Assembly: GCA_039915165.1 (NCBI GenBank)
Contig: JBDSNU010000017.1
Span: 68,041-119,155 of the forward strand
Reading direction: 5' to 3'
From: Minisyncoccota bacterium
Lineage (GTDB): Bacteria; Patescibacteriota; Minisyncoccia; Phycocordibacterales; UBA9973
Length of the DNA: 51,115 nucleotides
The translations under genes were made by a program, and so were the position numbers. The notes beneath the pieces were generated by a model. It was not told the DNA's origin and ran no database searches. It saw only the letters and a list, made by a program, of their open reading frames with translations. Below, in pieces: positions 46,089-51,115 of this stretch (positions are counted from its first letter, which is position 1; each line of letters opens with the position of its first letter).

Positions 46089-46352
46089 ATGTATAATTTT
46101 CAAACAATCTCCAATATAATTGGAGCGATAATTGCTTTGTATGTAGGTATTGTGGGAGTATTCTTCAACAAGTGGGGAACTGAATTCAATGCATGCGGTT
46201 TCGAGTGGATGTATAGAAAAACAAAATGGTCTGTTTTTAAACTTCAGGCTGAAGGGACTCGAAGTCTACCGATGAGAATTTTTATTTTTATTATTGGAAC
46301 TGCAGCTTTAATAATTGGAGTTACAACTCTACTTAGTAATATTTATATCTAG
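46089..46352 (+). CDS. Orphan immunity-like paralog (2 TM)
   Basis: TM-FNK....FN....E....K....F....E..R...R-TM pattern shared with 44637 and 46364. Confidence 0.7.
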   Translation: MYNFQTISNIIGAIIALYVGIVGVFFNKWGTEFNACGFEWMYRKTKWSVFKLQAEGTRSLPMRIFIFIIGTAALIIGVTTLLSNIYI

Positions 46353-46363
46353 ATATACTAAAT

Positions 46364-46618
46364 ATGAACATAAATAAATACTACATATTTCTCTATGTCT
46401 GGGCAGTCTTAGCCATAGGTCTAGGAATATTGTTTACTGTTTTCAATAAACAAGTCACTGCTTTCAATAGTAGAATTTGTGAAAGGCTAGCTGCTAAGCC
46501 CCGATTAGCATTTCTGAAAAATACCGCCGAAAGAATGAAAGATCCGCTAAACCGCATTGTCAGCTTTGCTGTCGGCGTAGCCTTCATAGTAATAGGAATT
46601 GGTATACTACTTAATTAG
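46364..46618 (+). CDS. Orphan immunity-like paralog (2 TM)
   Basis: Same size, topology and motif pattern as 44637 and 46089. Confidence 0.7.
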   Translation: MNINKYYIFLYVWAVLAIGLGILFTVFNKQVTAFNSRICERLAAKPRLAFLKNTAERMKDPLNRIVSFAVGVAFIVIGIGILLN

Positions 46619-46823
46619 TGTCTGCGATTAAAGGTTTCTTATTTTAGAATTCTTTGATCTAATTATCCTACTAGGAATAATCAATAAGACGTTACTCGCT
46701 TCAGATGTCTGTTCAGGATCTGCATAGGCTTGTAGTTTCAGCATAGTGCTGCCCTCCTAGTATCGGGCTTAAGTTTTTTGATTATTAATTATGATCAAAA
46801 TTTAATTAAAAATAAAGAATAAC

Positions 46824-46847
46824 AAAAAGCCTCTCTCGAGGCTTTTT
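46824..46847. terminator. Bidirectional terminator
   Basis: AAAAAGCCTC-tctc-GAGGCTTTTT. Confidence 0.8.
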
Positions 46848-46853
46848 ACTTTT

Positions 46854-47108
46854 TTATCTGTCAAAATAATATTGATCAGATGTAGATGGGGTAGTAGTTG
46901 TTTGGGTACCGGTAGTTGCATCATTAATCACCGTTTGGTCAGCTTTATTATCGCCATTGTAATCGATAATGTACCGCGTGACATGATCATTGTCTTTCTT
47001 TTGGACCATTTGTGTTGTATCTCCGGTCGAGAAAACACAAAATATCATTATGACTGAAACAAACAGTATGATGATAAGTCCCATTAACATTTCTTCTTTC
47101 GCTTTCAT
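46854..47108 (-). CDS. Small single-TM hypothetical protein
   Basis: TM then polar tail with DYNGDNKAD; likely start MKAKEE at 47108. Confidence 0.6.
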   Translation of the reverse strand: MKAKEEMLMGLIIILFVSVIMIFCVFSTGDTTQMVQKKDNDHVTRYIIDYNGDNKADQTVINDATTGTQTTTTPSTSDQYYFDR

Positions 47109-47148
47109 AGTGCTTATGTAGTTGTGTTTACTACACAATAGAACAGTT

Positions 47149-47598
47149 CTATTCTTTGGTCAAATCGGCAATAATGATTTTTTTCATTTTCATCATATTT
47201 TGCATGGCGAGATTTGCTTTGATAGGATCAGGGTTGTTGAGATGGTCACCAAGTGATGAAGGGATAATTTGCCATGACAGACCAAACTTATCCTTTAACC
47301 AGCCACATTGGCCCTCAGAGCCTCCATCCATGGTTAATGCAGTCCAAAGGTAATCTACTTCAGATTGGTCAGCGCACGTCACAAAGAGTGATACAGCTTC
47401 ACTGAAAGCTATATTGTGTGGGCCGCCATTGATCACCATTAAACGCTGATCTTCGAGTTCGAATTCAGCGGTAAAAATCTTGCCATTGGGTAATCGGCGA
47501 ATATTAAAAATCTTACTATTTTTAAAAATTTCTACATAAAAGTTGATTGCGTCTTCTGCATTATCATTAAACCAAAGAAATGGGGTTATTTTTTTCAT
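47149..47598 (-). CDS. VOC/PhnB-like (3-demethylubiquinone methyltransferase-annotated) family protein
   Basis: KITPFLWF..NAEDAINFY, FSEAVSLFV, CGWLKDKFGLSWQIIP, MMKMKKI. Confidence 0.92.
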   Translation of the reverse strand: MKKITPFLWFNDNAEDAINFYVEIFKNSKIFNIRRLPNGKIFTAEFELEDQRLMVINGGPHNIAFSEAVSLFVTCADQSEVDYLWTALTMDGGSEGQCGWLKDKFGLSWQIIPSSLGDHLNNPDPIKANLAMQNMMKMKKIIIADLTKE

Positions 47599-47681
47599 CT
47601 GTATATTTTACCATGAAAGAAAAGCCATAATCTACCCGTAGTACAAAGGTACTCCCATTATTAGTAATAAATATTGGAATT

Positions 47682-48401
47682 ATGAACAAGTATATTATTC
47701 CGACCCTCGCGCTGGCGATTGGTATTACCGTTATTCCGACAATGGATGTTTCTGCTGCATCGCTGACCTCTGCTCAAATCATCACAAAATCTGACACTGC
47801 AATTAGTGCTCGTATTACGAGTCTGAACAAATTATCAAATGGTATTGCAAGGTTTAAACACTTAACTGACGATCAGCGTGCCTCGATCAATAGCTCAATT
47901 CAGTCATCTGTAAGTGCAATGACTACGTTGAAAGCAAAGATTGATGCAGATACTGACCTAGTGACACTCAAAGCTGATGCGGCATCTATTACAAAAGACT
48001 ACCGTATCTATGCATTGGTAATGCCAAGTGATGCAACATTGGCTGCAGCTGACAATGCAATGGCAAATATTGCTACCTATCAAACAACATTGGTAACATT
48101 GCAGACACGCATTACCGCTAGTACTCCTTCTACAAGTTCAGGGCAAACTACAAAACTAAGTATTCAAAGTGCTCATGATGACGCTATTGCAAAGCTAACA
48201 GATGCAACAACAAAGAGTCAGGCATTGATCACGGCAATCACTGGATTGAAGCCGGATATGGGTGACAAAACTATTGCAGCAAGCAATAAGGTTCAAATTG
48301 AAGCGGCAAAGACTGCTCGCAAAGCAATGACTGCTGACATTGTGTCTGCAAAGAAAGATATTGCGACTATACGTGCGGGTCTTAAGACACTGAAAGCATA
48401 A
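47682..48401 (+). CDS. Secreted alpha-helical/coiled-coil hypothetical protein
   Basis: Signal peptide (..DVSA|AS), Ala/Thr/Lys-rich helical body, DYRIYALVMP motif. Confidence 0.8.
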   Translation: MNKYIIPTLALAIGITVIPTMDVSAASLTSAQIITKSDTAISARITSLNKLSNGIARFKHLTDDQRASINSSIQSSVSAMTTLKAKIDADTDLVTLKADAASITKDYRIYALVMPSDATLAAADNAMANIATYQTTLVTLQTRITASTPSTSSGQTTKLSIQSAHDDAIAKLTDATTKSQALITAITGLKPDMGDKTIAASNKVQIEAAKTARKAMTADIVSAKKDIATIRAGLKTLKA

Positions 48402-48424
48402 TAAAAATCGATTATTACACTTAA

Positions 48425-48451
48425 TAAAACCTCACATTCTGTGGGGTTTTA
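48425..48451 (+). terminator. Intrinsic terminator
   Basis: TAAAACCTCAC-attct-GTGGGGTTTTA. Confidence 0.75.
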
Positions 48452-48466
48452 TTATATAATGTCGCC

Positions 48467-50977
48467 ATGAATAAAAAGCAGGTGATGGCAGGGAATTTGG
48501 CAGCAGTGTATACAGGATTACAGTCTTCAGAAAACGGATTATCAACTCAAGAGGCTCGCATACGTTTCGCAAAGTTTGGCAAGAACTTGATGCAAAAGAA
48601 AACAGTTAATGCTGTAGATGTGCTGAAGCGACAATTTCAAAATGTGCTTATCTATCTATTGGTATCTGCAACCATTATTTCTTTTGTAATTGGTGATTAT
48701 TCAGATGGTATTATCATTTTAATAATTATTGTTTTGAATACTATTCTTGGTTTTTATCAAGAATATAAATCAGAAAAGATCATCGAGAAACTTTCTAACT
48801 TCATTACTAAGGTGATGCGTGTAAAGCGTGATGGCCAAATGATGTTATTGAATCAATCTGAAATTGTGCCTGGTGATATTGTAGTGCTTCGTGAAGGAGA
48901 TATTGCTCCAGCAGATATGCGATTGATCAATGCTGAAAATGCTCAAGTGAATGAATCATCTTTGACGGGTGAGTCAATGCCAGTATTAAAGCGGGTGAAT
49001 GCTGAGGCATTAACTACCGATGAAAGCCTTGTATTTACCGGCAGTATCATTGAAAAAGGTGAGGTAACAGGTGTGGTATATGCTACTGGTGCTGATACGG
49101 AATTCGGTGCAATTGTTACACTCACTACAGAAACGAAGAAAGATACGGAATATGAGCGCTCGCTTAAATTATTCAGTTCCTTTTTATTGAAAGTCGTACT
49201 CTATAGTCTGACAGTAATTTTCTTTGCAAAAATATTCCTTAATCGTGGTTCATTAAGTATTGTTGACTTACTTATCTTCATGATCGCTATGGCAATTCTT
49301 GTCGTACCTGAAGTCTTACCTGTGATTGCTACTATTTCACTCTCAAGCGGTGCCTTGAAACTCGCCAAGAAGCATGTGGTAGTGAAGCGTCTCTCATCTG
49401 TTGAAGACTTGGGCAACATCAGTGTGTTATGTACTGACAAGACAGGTACGATAACCGAAAACAAAATGGTAGTGCAAAATATTGTAGCTACTGACCGTGA
49501 CCTTTTTCAAATCTTTGCATATGCAACAATTGCTATTTTAAAAAATCGTAAGCGTCGTACCGACAGTTCATATGATGATGCATTCATTAACTACATTCCT
49601 CAGATATTACAAGATAAGGCAAAAGAGTACTGTATTGTAAAAGAGCTACCGTTTGACCCAGATGATAAACGTCGACGTGTAGTACTGCATAACACTGTAA
49701 ACAATAAATATTTTCTTATTATTATCGGTGCTCCAGATATTGTTTTAGGTATTGCGAAGTCGATTGATATGGCGGGTTATTTGCACACTATTTCTGAGGA
49801 AGGAAAGACCGGGCTTCATCACTTAGCATTGGCATATAAAGAAATAATATATTCTGCTGATTATGATATTTTGGCAAATGAAAAGAGCGATTTATTATTC
49901 TTAGGATATGTGGGTTTTGTTGATCCATTACGCGAAAGCGCAAAGCGTACTATTGAACATGCCGAGAAGCTTGGTATTAAAATTAAAATTTTAACAGGGG
50001 ACAGTAAGGAAGTTGCTGAATATATTGGGCGGGAAGTTGGACTAGTAGATAGTGATAGTGTGGTGTATTTAGGAGAAGAACTTGAAGCAATGAGTCCTAG
50101 TGCATTTAAGGAAGCTGTTATAAATGCCAATGTATTCGCACGCGTTTCGCCGACACAAAAATTCAATATAATAAAGGCTCTAAAAGAGGCAGGGTACGTT
50201 GTTGGGTATCAGGGTGATGGAATTAACGATGCCCCAGCATTGAAGCTCGCAGATGTGGCTATAGCCGTTAATAGCGCTACTGACATCGCCAAAGAAGACG
50301 CAGATATTGTGCTTTTGAACCGCGATCTTGAAGTGATCATTAATGGTATTAAATATGGGCGAACTATTTTCGTTAATATCAATAAATACATCAAATACAC
50401 CATGGTAAATAACTTCGGCAGCTTCATGGCATTGGCAGTGTTGTATCTATTTTCAAAGAACTTACCATTACTCCCAATTCAAGTACTACTGACAAATATT
50501 TTGACTGACATTCCACTCGTGACAATTTACTCCGACACTGTTGAAGATGCAGATGTGATCAATCCTGAAAAGAATAACATTCGAGAACTATTATTTATCT
50601 CATTGATCCTTGGCATACCGACGGCACTGTTTGAATTGTTGTACTACATGGTCATTCGTTTTCAACCTACAATTGTTATTCAAACTGGCTTGTTCTTGTT
50701 CTTCACATTCACTGCATTGATCGTATTCTACGCATTCCGCAACAATGGATTCTTCTGGAAAGTGAAAAAGCCATCATTGCTATTGAACACTTCATTCTTC
50801 TTAACATTTCTCGCCTCATTAGCCATCACCTATGTGCCGTTCTTCCAACACATTTTCCACTTCACTGGTTTGTCTTGGGTAGCATTGGGAACAATTATTG
50901 TGGCAGTGCTTGTGTACTTCTTCAGTATTGATTTAATGAAGACATGGTATTACAGAAGCTCAGTATTAGTAAAATAA
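48467..50977 (+). CDS. Cation-transporting P-type ATPase, MgtA-like
   Basis: LTGES, VPEVLP, CTDKTGT, ELPFD..KRR, LTGD, FARVSP, GDGINDAPAL. Confidence 0.93.
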   Translation: MNKKQVMAGNLAAVYTGLQSSENGLSTQEARIRFAKFGKNLMQKKTVNAVDVLKRQFQNVLIYLLVSATIISFVIGDYSDGIIILIIIVLNTILGFYQEYKSEKIIEKLSNFITKVMRVKRDGQMMLLNQSEIVPGDIVVLREGDIAPADMRLINAENAQVNESSLTGESMPVLKRVNAEALTTDESLVFTGSIIEKGEVTGVVYATGADTEFGAIVTLTTETKKDTEYERSLKLFSSFLLKVVLYSLTVIFFAKIFLNRGSLSIVDLLIFMIAMAILVVPEVLPVIATISLSSGALKLAKKHVVVKRLSSVEDLGNISVLCTDKTGTITENKMVVQNIVATDRDLFQIFAYATIAILKNRKRRTDSSYDDAFINYIPQILQDKAKEYCIVKELPFDPDDKRRRVVLHNTVNNKYFLIIIGAPDIVLGIAKSIDMAGYLHTISEEGKTGLHHLALAYKEIIYSADYDILANEKSDLLFLGYVGFVDPLRESAKRTIEHAEKLGIKIKILTGDSKEVAEYIGREVGLVDSDSVVYLGEELEAMSPSAFKEAVINANVFARVSPTQKFNIIKALKEAGYVVGYQGDGINDAPALKLADVAIAVNSATDIAKEDADIVLLNRDLEVIINGIKYGRTIFVNINKYIKYTMVNNFGSFMALAVLYLFSKNLPLLPIQVLLTNILTDIPLVTIYSDTVEDADVINPEKNNIRELLFISLILGIPTALFELLYYMVIRFQPTIVIQTGLFLFFTFTALIVFYAFRNNGFFWKVKKPSLLLNTSFFLTFLASLAITYVPFFQHIFHFTGLSWVALGTIIVAVLVYFFSIDLMKTWYYRSSVLVK

Positions 50978-51115
50978 ACACCTAGCCGCACCTTCTGCGA
51001 CAGGGCTGCACTGCAAAGCCAAGAGTGGTTTTGGGAAAACCATCTTGTCTTCACAGTTTCCGCCGTCACCTTATGTAATTAGATAGCGGTATGTGGTTAT
51101 ATCTACTGGTATAGA

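Noticed and set aside
46628-46744. 38-codon minus-strand ORF MLKLQAYADPEQ... with AGGAGG 8 nt upstream
   Set aside because: Shine-Dalgarno use is rare in this window, no promoter or motif supports it, and it lies beyond the terminator of the upstream minus-strand genes; may be debris of foreign DNA.
705-50427. Many antisense or nested ORFs of 60-190 aa in the track (e.g. 5205-5603, 10726-11292, 19691-20113, 29955-30167, 37703-38179)
   Set aside because: They are shadows of well-supported genes on the other strand or frame, with no motifs or expression signals.
50984-51012. Minus-strand GAAGGTGCGGCT matching 16S rRNA helix 45
   Set aside because: Only about 12 nt match; the flanking AAGTCGTAACAAGG and GATCACC sequences are absent, so it is not rRNA.
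1-51115. Alternative genetic code (TGA=Gly as in Gracilibacteria/Absconditabacteria)
   Set aside because: Long conserved genes are full length under the standard code with no in-frame TGA.

Overview
AT-rich bacterial chromosome segment using the standard genetic code. It is most consistent with a Patescibacteria/CPR (Parcubacteria-like) genome, an inference from the GAD-less AspRS, PaaX-like regulator, scarce Shine-Dalgarno signals and scpA-scpB-mraY-ftsW-murG linkage. Bases 1-29 kb hold housekeeping genes (rpsI 3' end, grpE, dnaK, dnaJ, lysS, cysS, corA-like, rplU, recR, dnaB, trpS, aspS, M16 peptidase, scpAB, mraY, ftsW, murG) interleaved with single orphan genes that each carry their own promoter and terminator. 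The best candidate for an undescribed system is at 29774-33963 (minus strand). It comprises an OmpR-type response regulator, an unannotated 38-aa peptide ending ...GSFLPWEGGEN, a multi-TM histidine kinase split by a 1-nt frameshift, and a ~618-aa enzyme fusing a class II terpene-cyclase-like (DxDD/QW) domain to a class I prenyltransferase domain. This looks like a ComQXPA-analogous prenylated-peptide signalling or RiPP locus. A MarR-MFP-MFP-MFS efflux operon is transcribed divergently from it. Next comes a 2197-aa secreted SpvB/FG-GAP/RHS polymorphic toxin with three paralogous small membrane immunity-like genes and decayed orphan toxin fragments, then a VOC protein and an MgtA-like P-type ATPase. 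Other points of note are a ~330-nt promoter/terminator-bounded, ORF-less structured unit (candidate ncRNA), a 25-aa very basic micro-ORF, apparently widespread leaderless promoters, and TTGAC-N16 promoters. No tRNA, rRNA, CRISPR array or transposase was recognised. All calls come from motif reading only; no database searches were run.
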